This document shows positions 1-10,753 of a DNA stretch of 64,000 bases, in pieces. Where the stretch lies: assembly GCF_006345805.1 (NCBI RefSeq), contig NC_043018.1, positions 26,164,001 to 26,228,000 of the forward strand, read 5' to 3'. How positions within the stretch are numbered: the stretch's first letter is position 1; each line of letters starts with the position of its first letter. This DNA is from Octopus sinensis (taxonomy: Eukaryota). A program made the position numbers and the translations under genes. The notes beneath the pieces were generated by a model. It saw only the letters and a program-made list of their open reading frames with translations. It did no database searches and was not told the DNA's origin.

Positions 1-536
1 AACGACAAATATATACATTTAGATTGACTGTGGTAGTAATAAGAATCATAAAAGTCATTATTATGAGATGATTATAGGATGATAATAAAGTAAGAAACAA
101 AGCGAACCATGGTTTCGGCAAAAAGCTATTCATCGTTTTAAAAACACTGGTTAATACACAGTGTCAGGTCTAATAGTTCTATAGAGAGAGAGAGAAAGAG
201 AGAGATTAATAGATAGATAGTTAGTGTACTGGTCAACAAAAAAATACTCCATCCAGTGAGAGATAAATATCATTTAATAAATACAGGATTTATCTTGTGT
301 TTATCAAATGATATATATGTGTGTGTGTGTGTCTTTGTATTTATTCTTCAGCACTGCTTACAACTGGTGTTAGTTTGTTTGCGTCCCATGGACTTAGCAC
401 TTTGGTGAAAGAGACTCATAGAATAGGTATTGGACTTAAAAAAAATAAAGTACCGAGGTTGCTTTGTCTAACTAAACTCTTCCAGGTGATGCTCCCAACA
501 GGGCTGCAGTCTGATAATTGAAAGATAAAATGTTTG

Positions 537-955
537 TGGTGGTGAGCTGGCAGAAACGTTAGCACACCTGGCGAAATGCTTAGCGGTATTTCGTCTACCA
601 TTACGTTCTCAGTTCAAATTCCGCCGAGGTCAACTTTGCCTTTCATCCTTTCAAGGTCGATTAAATAAGTACCAGTTATGCACTGAGGTCAATATAATCG
701 ACTTAATCCATTTGTTTGTCCTTGTTTGTCCCCTCTGTGTTTAGCCCCTTGTGGGTAGTAAAGAAATAGGTATTTCGTCTGCCTTTACGTTCTGAGTTCA
801 AATTCTGCCGAGGTCGACTTTGCCTTTCATCCTTTCGGGGTCGATTAAATAAATACCAGTTACGCACTGGGGTCAATATAATCGATTTAATCCGTTTGCC
901 TGTCCTTGTTTATCCTCTCTGCGTTTAGCCCCTTGTGGGTAGTAATGAAATAGGT
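537..955 (+). mobile_element. tRNA-derived SINE, family A (GCCTTTCATCCTTTCGGGGTCGAT central domain, Meta-SINE-like), body partly duplicated in tandem
   Basis: Head GGTGAGCTGGCAGAAACGTTAGC and B-box-like GAGTTCAAATTCC. The body occurs twice (about 586-776 and 771-955). The same sequence recurs many times in the window. Confidence 0.8.
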
Positions 956-2110
956 AAAATGTTTGTGGCTAATTTTAAAAGATACCTCGTTCTAATCCCT
1001 AAGAGGGTCTCAAAGTGAAAATTAAAAAATTGAAAAGACAATCATGTCACAGAACTGAATAAATAATGTTTTAAGTTTTTGGGATGAAGAAGAAGAAAGT
1101 GGCATGAAATGAAAAAAAAATAAACAGTAAGCTATGTACAGCTCTGTGAATCTTTTTTTTTTTATTGTTACATATTTAATGGAACAAATGGATAATTATG
1201 GCAATTCAGCATTTTAGAAATTAGTGTCAGATAAATGTGAAAAATTAGGAAAAATTAATTGATAATTATCTGTAAAGGACATTTCAGCTGGTTTCAACTT
1301 CATGTTCTCGTATTTCTGTAACATTCTTTAGTTTCAATATTCCAGTCTGACACGACTTAGACAGATGAGTAAATCTGACCGATTCTTTTGTTTGTTGGTT
1401 TTTGGTTGGCTTACTTAAACTTGTTTTTTTTATGTATTTTCAAGTTGTTGCATTTTTCGTAAAGTTGACTTCAAAATTTTATATATACATATACATACAT
1501 ACATACATACATACATACATCATCATCATCATCGTTTAGCGTCCGTTTTCCATGCTAGCATGGGTTGGACGGTTCTACTGGGGTCTGTGAAGCCAGAAGG
1601 CTTCATCAGGCCCAGTCAAATCTGGCAGTGTTTCTACGGCTGGATGCCCTTCCTAACGCCAACCACTCCGTGAGTGTAGTGGGTGCTTTTTACGTGCCAC
1701 CCGCACTGGTGCCAGACAGAGCTGGCAAACGGCCACGAACGGATGGTGCTTTTTATGTGCCACCGGCACGAGGGCCAGGCGAGGCTGGCAACGGACACGA
1801 AACGGGGCGGTGCTGGCAACGGTCGCGAAACGGAAAGTTCTCTTACATGCCACCGGCACTGGTAACACATCTGCAATTTCCATTGATCGATTTCGATTCT
1901 GATCGTCACTTGCCTCAACGGGTCTTCACAAGCAGAGTTTTGACATGCCACCGGCACTGGTAGCACATCCGCAATTTCCATTGATCGATTTCGATTCTGA
2001 TCCTCACTTGCCTCATCACGTCTTCACAAGTAGAGTTTTGTGTCCCAAGAAGGGAAGGTATGCATACGTAGGCTGGCTCCATCCCATGTAGAAGGCCACG
2101 GGTTATGGAC

Positions 2111-3430
2111 TCACTTGTCCTGCCGGGTCTTCTCGCGCACAGCACACTTCCAGAGGTCTCGGTCTCTAGTCATTTCCTCAGTGAGACCTAAAGTTCGAAG
2201 GTCGTGCTTCACCACCTCGTCCCAGGTTTTCCTGGGTCTGCCTCTTCCACAGGTTCCCTCAACCGCTAGGGTGTGGCACTTTTTCACACAACTATCTTCA
2301 TCCATTCTCGCCACATGACCATACCAGCGCAAACGTCTCTCTTGCACACCACAACTGATGCTTCTTAGGTCCAGCTTTTCTCTCAAGGTACTTACACTCT
2401 GCCGAGTGTGAGTACCGGCATTACACATCCATCGGAGCATACTGGCTTCATTTCTAGCGAGCTTACGCATATCCTCAGCAGTCACGGCCCATGTTTCACT
2501 GCCATGTAGCATGGCTGTTCGTACACACGCATCATACAGTCTGCCTTTCACTCTGTGCGAGAGGCCTTTTGTCACCAGTAGAGGTAAGAGCTCTCTGAAC
2601 TTTGCCCAAGCTATTCTTACTCTAGCAGTTACACTTTCAGCACACCCGCCCCCGCTGCTGACTTGGTCACCTAGGTAACGGAAACTATCAACTATTTCTA
2701 GTTTTTCTCCCTGGAAAGTGACGGAAGTTGGTCTCAGAGCATTTTCAGTGTTTATTGTTCCTGAGCATCTGCCACATACAAAAACCATCTTCCTAGTTAG
2801 CCTTCCTTTGACATTGCTGCATCTCTTATGTGTCCATAGCTTACACTTGGTGCATCTTATAGAGTTTCTACCTACACCTTTTCTACAGATCGAGCAGGGC
2901 CATCTACCTGAAGGTGTTTGTGATTTGTCTACCTTCCTACTGATTACGACTTTGGTTTTAGCTAGATTGACTCTGAGGCCCTTCGATTCTAATCCTTGTT
3001 TCCACACCTGAAACTTCTCCTCCAGTTCTGATAGCGACTCAGCAATTAGAGCAAGGTCATCAGCATAGAGGAGCTCCCAAGGGCATCCTGTCTTGAATTC
3101 CTCCGTTATTGCCTGGAGGACTATGATAAATAGGAGGGGGCTGAGTACTGAGCCTTGGTGGACTCCTACCTCTACCCGGAATTCTTCACTGTACACATTT
3201 CCAACCCTCACCCTACTAGCGGCGTCCCTGTACATGGCCCGCACAGCTCTCACTAACCATTCATCTATCCCTAGTTTCCTCATTGCCCACCAGATAAGGG
3301 ATCGGGGGACCCTGTCGAAGGCTTTCTCCATGTCAACAAAAGCCAGGTACAGGGGCTTATCTTTGGCTAGGTATTTCTCCTGCAGCTGCCTTACCAGGAA
3401 TATAGCATCAGTAGTACTTTTCCCTGGCAC
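2111..3430 (-). CDS. RTE ORF, C-terminal part: reverse transcriptase (YADD), PHD-type zinc finger, C-terminal domain
   Basis: Motifs FVDMEKAFDRV, QGSVLSPLLF, LLYADDL (3056-3067), FRYLG and RGRPRKTW. C4-H-C3 pattern at 2765-2896. Confidence 0.92.
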   Translation of the reverse strand: MPGKSTTDAIFLVRQLQEKYLAKDKPLYLAFVDMEKAFDRVPRSLIWWAMRKLGIDEWLVRAVRAMYRDAASRVRVGNVYSEEFRVEVGVHQGSVLSPLLFIIVLQAITEEFKTGCPWELLYADDLALIAESLSELEEKFQVWKQGLESKGLRVNLAKTKVVISRKVDKSQTPSGRWPCSICRKGVGRNSIRCTKCKLWTHKRCSNVKGRLTRKMVFVCGRCSGTINTENALRPTSVTFQGEKLEIVDSFRYLGDQVSSGGGCAESVTARVRIAWAKFRELLPLLVTKGLSHRVKGRLYDACVRTAMLHGSETWAVTAEDMRKLARNEASMLRWMCNAGTHTRQSVSTLREKLDLRSISCGVQERRLRWYGHVARMDEDSCVKKCHTLAVEGTCGRGRPRKTWDEVVKHDLRTLGLTEEMTRDRDLWKCAVREKTRQDK

Positions 3431-5277
3431 AAACCCAAATGCATCTCATCTAAACTAACTCTCTCTCTAATTAGTTGGGCTATGACCCTCTCCGTAACCT
3501 TCATCACCTGGTCCAACAGCTTGATACCTCTGTAGTTATTTGTATCTAGGGCATCACCTTTACCTTTGTAGCAGTTGACTATTATACTGCTACACCAGTC
3601 ATTGGGTATGACCCCTTTGTGTATCACCTGATTAACTATACGGGTGACTAGGCTATAGCCGACACTACCAGACATTTTGAGCATCTCTGCAGTGATTCCT
3701 GATGGGCCTGGGGCTTTCCCTGTCTTCATGCTTCTAATTGCCTTAGCTACCACGGAACTATCAACTCGGATAGCTGGTCCCTCTGTTGGGTCAACATTCG
3801 GCAGACTCTCTTTATCCCATTCATTTTCTTCATTCAGCAACCTTTCATAGTGGCATCTCCAAACCTCTCTCTTTGCATCCTCATTTAGCGCAAGTGAACC
3901 ATCTTCCATGCGAACACACTTCTCTCCTACCACATCACGATTCTCTCTCACACACTGTCTTGCAACACGAAACACCTCCAGTCTTTGGTCCTCACGGCGC
4001 AGAACATTGGCAAATTTTTTCTTATCTGCTTCCCCTCTGGCTAAATAAACCTGTCTCCTAGCTTCTCTTTTGGCAGTCTGATACAATCCCCTGCTACCCC
4101 CATTTTTCCAGACCTTCCAAGCCTGTCTCTTTTCTCTAATAGCCCTGTCTACAATATTGTTCCACCACCACGTTATTCTAGGTCGAGAGGGGACTTTGCA
4201 CCAGCCACAGATCTGGTCAGTGGCTCTCAGCAGGTTGTCCCTTAGAAACGTCCAGCTGTCTTCTACCCCCTGTGATGCTCTATCCCCTTCTACTTCGTCA
4301 GAGGCTTCAAGTAATATGTCCCTAAATCTCTGTCCATTTGCAGGATCTTTAAGCTTCCAGATCCTTCTTCTCCATATTTGTCGTCTTCTGGTTGTCCTCC
4401 TAGTCCTGATCCTAAAGTCACTAACTACCAGTCTATGTTGTGGGGTACATTCTTCACCTGGGAAGGTTTTGGCATTTATAAGCAGCCATCTCTCCCTTTG
4501 CCTTGTAAGGATGTAGTCAATTTGGCTGGTATGTTGGCCCGATTGGTAAGTGACTAGGTGGCTGGTAGGTTTCCTGAAGTTAGTGTTGCAAATCATAAGA
4601 TTATTTGCATCGCAGAACTCCAGCAGCCTGGTTCCCTCCTCGTTGCGGGAGCCATAGCCATAGCCTCCATGTACGCCATGGAAGCCCCCAGCATGTCGTC
4701 CAACGTGACCATTGAAGTCACCAGCCACAAAGATAAGGTCTCTGTCGTTCGTCAACGAGGTAGTCTGCAGTAGAGTGTCATAGAATCGGTCTTTCTGTCC
4801 ATCGGGTAGCCCCGACTGAGGAGCATAGGCTGATATAATGGTTGCTAAACTATGATGAAGCACTAATCTAATCTTAAGTATTCTGTCACATACTCTGATT
4901 ACCTCAATTACTTTATCTACCCATTTCTCAGCGATAAGTATACCCACGCCACCAACCCCGTCAGTGTTCCCTGCCCAGAAAATCTTGTACCTGCGTTCCT
5001 TGCCTGTGAGGAACCTAGCTGATCCTCCTCTCCACCTTATTTCTTGCATGCAACATATATCCACACATCTCCGTTCAAGCATCTCGACTATCTCACCAGA
5101 CCTACCTTTCAGAGTGCCAACGTTGAGGGTGCCAACCCTGAGGGTGTGGGAGGCATGGGCTCTAGAGACCCTGGGACGGTGGACAGTAGCTTCGTGTACC
5201 TGAAAAGAAAGCTCGCATTTGGCAGAATTCATGTGCAAGAAATGAAGTAGTAAAGTAGCCTTCAGTACAACCTGCAT
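3391..5277 (-). CDS. RTE ORF, N-terminal part: APE endonuclease and start of RT, ending at a frameshift near 3440
   Basis: Motifs GTLNVGTL, CCMQEIRW, AGDFNGHVG, QIDYIL, QHRLVV, KAPGPSG and NYRGIKLL. It reads DEMHLG where DEMQFGF is expected. The second copy (about 51480) keeps the missing base. Confidence 0.9.
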   Translation of the reverse strand: MQVVLKATLLLHFLHMNSAKCELSFQVHEATVHRPRVSRAHASHTLRVGTLNVGTLKGRSGEIVEMLERRCVDICCMQEIRWRGGSARFLTGKERRYKIFWAGNTDGVGGVGILIAEKWVDKVIEVIRVCDRILKIRLVLHHSLATIISAYAPQSGLPDGQKDRFYDTLLQTTSLTNDRDLIFVAGDFNGHVGRHAGGFHGVHGGYGYGSRNEEGTRLLEFCDANNLMICNTNFRKPTSHLVTYQSGQHTSQIDYILTRQRERWLLINAKTFPGEECTPQHRLVVSDFRIRTRRTTRRRQIWRRRIWKLKDPANGQRFRDILLEASDEVEGDRASQGVEDSWTFLRDNLLRATDQICGWCKVPSRPRITWWWNNIVDRAIREKRQAWKVWKNGGSRGLYQTAKREARRQVYLARGEADKKKFANVLRREDQRLEVFRVARQCVRENRDVVGEKCVRMEDGSLALNEDAKREVWRCHYERLLNEENEWDKESLPNVDPTEGPAIRVDSSVVAKAIRSMKTGKAPGPSGITAEMLKMSGSVGYSLVTRIVNQVIHKGVIPNDWCSSIIVNCYKGKGDALDTNNYRGIKLLDQVMKVTERVIAQLIRERVSLDEMHLGLCQGKVLLMLYSW

Positions 5278-5439
5278 AACGCTAGCCTTTCATATTTTGC
5301 ACTGTATGAACATTACCTTACATAGGTCGAGACTAGGGGTAGGGATGGTGAGAACATTTGCAGTCTTCATGGGAAGCAACCCCGGAATGGCAGAGAATAG
5401 GAACTTCCGGCATGCGTGGTGGGGGTGGGAGGGCGGGTG

Positions 5440-6370
5440 CACCGTGTCTGAGTAAAGAGGTTCTGTTAATCGTATGAGCTAGCAAATGGGTTTGTATGAA
5501 TCGGGAGAAACACTAAACGAAAAATTGAAAAATCAGAGTGGCTATGAACCTGTAGACAAGTCTAAACGAAAAAAAATGTTTGAGCTAGACAGGGTAATGA
5601 GGGAATACTGAAAGAATGAGGGACAATACAATGAGATGGAAATTGAAGAATAGAGAAAGAATAAGAATAAGTGCACGAAAGAAGGTAGTCGTAGCGAGGT
5701 TGGACGATTCACTTAACTTTTGGCCATTCATGATCTGTGCGTATTCTTTAGATATTTTGAAGCGAGTGGGGTTAACGATAAATGCGATCGCTCTTTTATA
5801 TATGGCGATGATGGTTTTTGGAAGGGGGGGGCATAGAGAACCATGGCGATGATGGTTATGGGAAGGGGGGACATAGAGAGAGAGAGATAGGGTTAGTTAG
5901 AGAGAGAGGTCAAGGGACACGTGACAATAAGCGGTGTGAGGGAATTTGACTGGGGACGGCATTGTCGATAAATAAACATTAGATAAATAGGTTTGAAAAT
6001 CAGAAAAATCAGAGGGAATATCATTATTGATAGCTAATATAACACCGTGTCTGAGTAAAGAGGTTCTGTTAATCGTATGAGCTAGCAAATGGGTTTGTAT
6101 GAATCGGGAGACAACACTAAACGAAAAATTGAAAAATCAGAGTGGCTATGAACCTGTAGACAAGTCTAAACGAAAAAAAAATGTTTGAGCTAGACAGGGT
6201 AATGAGGGAATACTGAAAGAATGAGGGACAATACAATGAGATGGAAATTGAAGAATAGAGAAAGAATAAGAATAAGTGCAAGAATGAAGGTAGTCGTAGC
6301 GAGGTTGGACGATTCACTTAACTTTTAGCCATTCATGATCTGTGCGTATTCTTTAGATATTTTGAAGCGA
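5440..6370. repeat. About 326 bp direct repeat (5440-5765 and 6043-6370) upstream of the RTE ORF
   Basis: Direct comparison shows only 2 single-base indels and about 3 substitutions. Period about 603 bp. Confidence 0.9.
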
Positions 6371-6565
6371 TCATTATCATCATCATCGTTTAATGTCCGT
6401 TTTCCATATTGGCATGGGTTGGACGGTTTGACCGAGATCTGGAAAGCCAGCGTCTGCACCAGGCTCCAATCTGATCTGGCAGTGTTTCTACAGCTAGATG
6501 CCCTTCCTAATGCCAACCACTCCAAGAGTGTAGTGGGTGCTTTTTACATGCCAGTCAGGCGGCCC
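6371..6565 (-). mobile_element. 5'-truncated RTE 3' end with (GAT)n tail
   Basis: Matches the LINE 3' UTR (GGATGCCCTTCCTAA-GCCAACCACTC, GGGTTGGACGG) and the tail. Confidence 0.85.
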
Positions 6566-7402
6566 TGGCATCGATCACATTCAGAGAGTGATTGGATTTG
6601 CAAAGGGAAACTAAAAGAAGCCCACTGTACCCATGCGGACTCGTACACAGACACACATGTGTGTACAAGTATGCATGTGCATGGGTCTCCTTCTTTTAGC
6701 ATTATGTGCTAATTGTAAAGCAAGCATTTCTGTCATATATGCCGTGTTTTTAAAATTTTTTTGCAATCTTCCATGAAAACATGTCTGGCTGTTGTGCTGT
6801 TCATGCACAAAGGACTAAGGGAAATACTATTGTCTTATTTGGAAACAGGCCAGGGTTGGCAACAGGATGAGCCTCCATCCATAGAGAACCCGCCTCCATG
6901 AATTTTATTTGATTCATGTAAGCGTAGGAAAGCAGACATGAAAATGATGATGATGATGATGATCTGGCTTGCTTCTCACAAATAGTTTAAAATTTGGCAC
7001 CACACTGAAGAGATCCAGCTTTGATCAAAATACACATCAGTGATTGGAACTTTTATGATTTCTATTATCTTCATAACTGCAAAATAAATTGATTAAATAC
7101 AATTTCTACAGTGCGCTTTTAATTATTATCGCTGTGAAATAACTGACTATGAAATATTTTCCTCTTCTCTTCACAAAAGTAAAACAGTTGGATCAATGAA
7201 AATTAATTCCTATTAAGAGAATTACCAAATTATTCTCTGGAGAAGTTTGCTACCCAACCGCAGGGTTCCAGGTTCAGTCCTTATGTCTAACACATTGGGC
7301 AAGTGACTTCTACTATAGCCCTTGGCCAACCAAAGACTTGTGAGGGGATTTGGTAGACAGAAGTAAAACAGCATACTATATATATATATATATATATATA
7401 TA

Positions 7403-8118
7403 ACATTATATATAAGGGCTTAGTAAAATAAATTACTTTGCCACATACTGAACTCATTAGAAATAGCAGCTAAAGAAATTTCTTTAGCTATTTCTAATAC
7501 TTAAAGAAGATCTCTCTCAGATAGTGTTTGCCTAAACTAACTCACAAAAGTATGGGGGAAAAAACATTAAAAAATCAAGTGCAAAGGTTATTTGAGAACG
7601 TACGTTTCTAGATTAGTCAATTCGACATTTGTTTCTTCAGCTCAGAATTCCTTGAATCGGATTTGGGAACACTGAAAGTCGGGAGCATACCCTTTCGGCT
7701 TCTAATCACCTCTAGAATTCTGCTCGAACTAAAAGTGCTATCAAATTCGAATATGCAAGCGAAGAATTTCTGCTCTCCCCTTTCCACCAGCGTGGGTTAA
7801 AATTGACAAACACCATGTATTAACGGTGAAAACCGCAGCATTTAGCAGAGAAAGATGAATTATAATTTCAACAATTGAGGGTAAAATTAATTAATTATTA
7901 ATCAATTTCACCAAGTATTCAGTATGTAAAGGGACCATTATAGGCGAATTCAAAATATTACATTATATATAAGGGCTTAGTAAAATAAATTACTTTGCCA
8001 CATACTGAACTCATTAGAAATAGCAGCTAAAGAAATTTCTTTAGCTATTTCTAATACTTAAAGAAGATCTCTCTCAGATAGTGTTTGCCTAAACTAACTC
8101 ACAAAAGTATGGGGGAAA
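7403..8118 (-). mobile_element. Penelope-like pseudo-LTR or retrozyme-like partial tandem (557 bp period, 159 bp identical repeat) in (TA)n
   Basis: 7403-7561 is identical to 7960-8118. TA microsatellite lies on both sides and a hammerhead-like motif lies in the unique part. The family assignment is inference. Confidence 0.45.
7590..7648 (-). ncRNA. Hammerhead-ribozyme-like motif (type I, possibly degenerate)
   Basis: The minus strand reads AUUCUGAG CUGAAGA ... GAAA CGUACG UU CUCAAAU, giving core boxes, a palindromic stem III and a 7 bp stem I with one bulge. The base of stem II does not pair. Confidence 0.3.
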
Positions 8119-8490
8119 TATATATATATATGCATAATTTATTTATTTAAAGGACACAATACATGTCTTTAAGTGCTACTAATTGTTTCATATGTTGAGA
8201 AATATCTCAAACATATTCATCAGACACAGACCATTAGTTGACAGTTGTTTCATAACCTTTGTTCGTTATATAGGTGTTACATCATCATTTACACATGTAT
8301 ATAAATGGATATACGTATGAATATATATGTGTACTCCCATAGATATAATTACGCTGTAACATAACAAACAGAATACACTTCAGAACATTTCATGACAGGT
8401 TCTTTTTCTAATGGATGTATGTATGTATGTATGTATGTATCTATCTATCTATCTATCTATCTATCTCTCTCTCTCTATATATATATATAT

Positions 8491-8782
8491 CACCGTGATC
8501 ACCATGACCGACCAGGCTATCAGATGTTGCTACACATCATTGGTCACAATGCGCTTCACATTGTTTTAGCCTTCAAATGATGCCATCCCACTGGCTAAGC
8601 AAGCAGGCCAACAGAAGAAAGAGTGAGAGAAAGTTGTGGCGAAAGAGTACAGCAGGGATCACTGTCGGAGCCTTGTGGAGCTTTAGGTGTTTTCGCTCAA
8701 TAAACACTCACAACTCCTGGTCTGAGAATTGAAACCATGATCCTGCAACCACGAGTCCGCTGCCCTAACCACTGTGCCATAT
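8491..8782 (-). mobile_element. tRNA-derived SINE, family C
   Basis: The reverse complement has the head TGGCACAGTGGTTAGGGCAGCGGACTC and a body like the copy at 58434-58815. Confidence 0.75.
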
Positions 8783-8795
8783 GTATGTATATATA

Positions 8796-8844
<49 letters not shown>

Positions 8845-8977
8845 ATGTATATGTATGTATGTATATATGTATGTGTGTATGTATATGTATGTATGTATGT
8901 ATATGTATATATGTATGTGTATGCATATGTATATGTGTGTATGTATATGTATATATGTATGTATGTATATATGTATG

Positions 8978-9008
<31 letters not shown>

Positions 9009-9054
9009 ATATATGTGTGTGTGTGTATATGTATATATGTATGTATATATACAC

Positions 9055-9111
<57 letters not shown>

Positions 9112-9135
9112 CATACATACATACACACACATACA
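8776..9135. repeat. Compound (TA)/(TG)/(TATG) microsatellite
   Basis: Visible directly. It explains the overlapping Y/I/H/T-rich ORFs. Confidence 0.95.
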
Positions 9136-9619
9136 TCATACATGTATGCATACACAGGATTTACCCCCCTCAAATCTGTTGTTATCAACTTCAGTTTCAT
9201 CACTGTCAACCTGTAATTTGTCATCGTTCAGCCCTAATTTAATTATCTTCACTCCTGATTATATTGTTGTTCATCTTGATTTCATTATCACCATTAACCT
9301 AAACACTTGCCACTGCAGGATGGAGCAAATTTGTCTTGTGAAAAGACATCGGCGTGAGTGATTACTTGTTGCAGAGTTGTAAAAGAATGCAAATATAAAT
9401 TCTCGTAAAGGATTACAAGTTTTGTGCAATAATAAAATCGTAACATAAATATCCAAGCATTCAGTTCATTAGATATAAAACTGCCTGCTATATTATTTGC
9501 ATATACAACATAACAAATACAAAAAACACATAATATAAGTTTAGCCTTTTATTCATTAGTTCCAACTCTTAACTCTCTTAATGAATTCCTCAAATATTCA
9601 GCTGAGTCATCTTTGGTAA

Positions 9620-9935
9620 TCAAAGTCATCCTTGTTGTTGCTGTTTGTTCCTTCTCGAGCCATGCTTGGTTCATAAGGGCCGGTTTCCTGGTTTCTTGGC
9701 ATATAGGTTCCCCACCTGCATGGGACACCGGTCCATCGCAGGTGAGCTTCAAGATGCAGGAGGAAAGAGTAAGAGAAAGCTGTGGTGAAAGAGTCAGCAG
9801 AAGTTTCGCCATTACCTTCTGCCGGAGCCGCGTGGAGCTTAGGTGTTTCGCTCATAAACACACACGTCGTCCGGTCTGAGATTCGAACCCGTGATCCCTT
9901 GACCGCTGCTCTAACCACTAGGCCATGTGCCTCCA
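9620..9935 (-). mobile_element. tRNA-derived SINE (family C related)
   Basis: Near-identical in reverse to 24759-25062, with A and B box-like motifs. Confidence 0.75.
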
Positions 9936-10340
9936 CAAAGTCATCCTTGCGTTAATATATGTCTGTAAATACTCTGTCTCCCACGATGACCAAGACATCA
10001 CATGGGAGAAAAAGATAGGTCATGGTGCTTCTGGCTGTTGGCCGATCAAATCGATGCATGCTCGGAAGATTCTGCTGCAGGTTGGGCACTGGTGGTCTTC
10101 CGGGAATGAAGGCAAGGAGTTGGCTCCGGACTTGTGCAGCTTATGTTTCCTTTGTGCTCCTGCAATACTGTTCTGCTCATAGGAGGTGACACCCCTGTTG
10201 GTGCAGCTATGTCAGGTAGGGCACTCTTGCGCTTGCATTAGCCAGGTGTTAGGGTTGATCTGAAAGCACTTCAGTGAGGCTTTGAGCGTGTCTTTGAAGC
10301 ACACACACACACATACACACACACACACACACACATAATG

Positions 10341-10502
10341 CACGTAGGAGTGGCTATGTGGTAAGTAGCTTGCTTACCAACCACATGGTTCCGGGTTCAG
10401 TCCCACTGCGTGGCATCTTTGGCAAGTGTCTTCTACTATAGCCTTGATGCGACCAAAGCTTTGTGAGTTGATTTGGTAGAGGGAAACTGAAAGAAGCCCG
10501 TC

Positions 10503-10546
<44 letters not shown>

Positions 10547-10753
10547 TTGTGTGTCTGTGTTTGTCCTGCCAACATCACTTGACAACCGATGCTGGTGTGT
10601 TTACATCCCCGTAACTTAGCAGTTCAGCAAAAGAGTCTGATAGTATAAGTACTTGGCTTACAAAGAATAAGTCATGGGGCCGATTTGCTCGACAAAATGC
10701 AGTGCTCCAGCATGGCCACAGTCAAATGATTGAAACAAGAAAAAGAGTAAGAG
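10341..10753 (+). mobile_element. tRNA-derived SINE, family B (CORE-like CTTGGGCAAGT segment, internal TA/TG microsatellite)
   Basis: Head GGAGTGGCT-TGTGGTAAG, B-box-like GGTTCAGTCCC and tail GAAACAAGTAAAAGAG. Multi-copy in the window. Confidence 0.85.

Larger units (their letters stand above)
1521..6370 (-). mobile_element. Near full-length RTE-clade non-LTR retrotransposon (LINE)
   Basis: APE endonuclease and RT ORF on the minus strand, a 3' UTR shared with many truncated copies, and a (GAT)n tail at about 1521-1533. The 5' boundary is uncertain and was placed where an older RTE tail begins (6371). Confidence 0.92.

Noticed and set aside
3093-5250. + strand ORFs overlapping the LINE
   Set aside because: Antisense shadows of the RTE coding sequence.
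9319-9353. 35 nt segment with a CAG acceptor and GTGAGT donor upstream of the C2A exon
   Set aside because: No similarity to the expected upstream C2A sequence, and a poor pyrimidine tract.
8683-9361. Long ORFs in many frames rich in Y, I, H, T, C, V and M (also 17740-18256, 25520-26065, 28714-29412, 33975-35574, 57129-57846, 61834-62830)
   Set aside because: They are translations of stop-poor di- and tetranucleotide microsatellites, with no protein signal.
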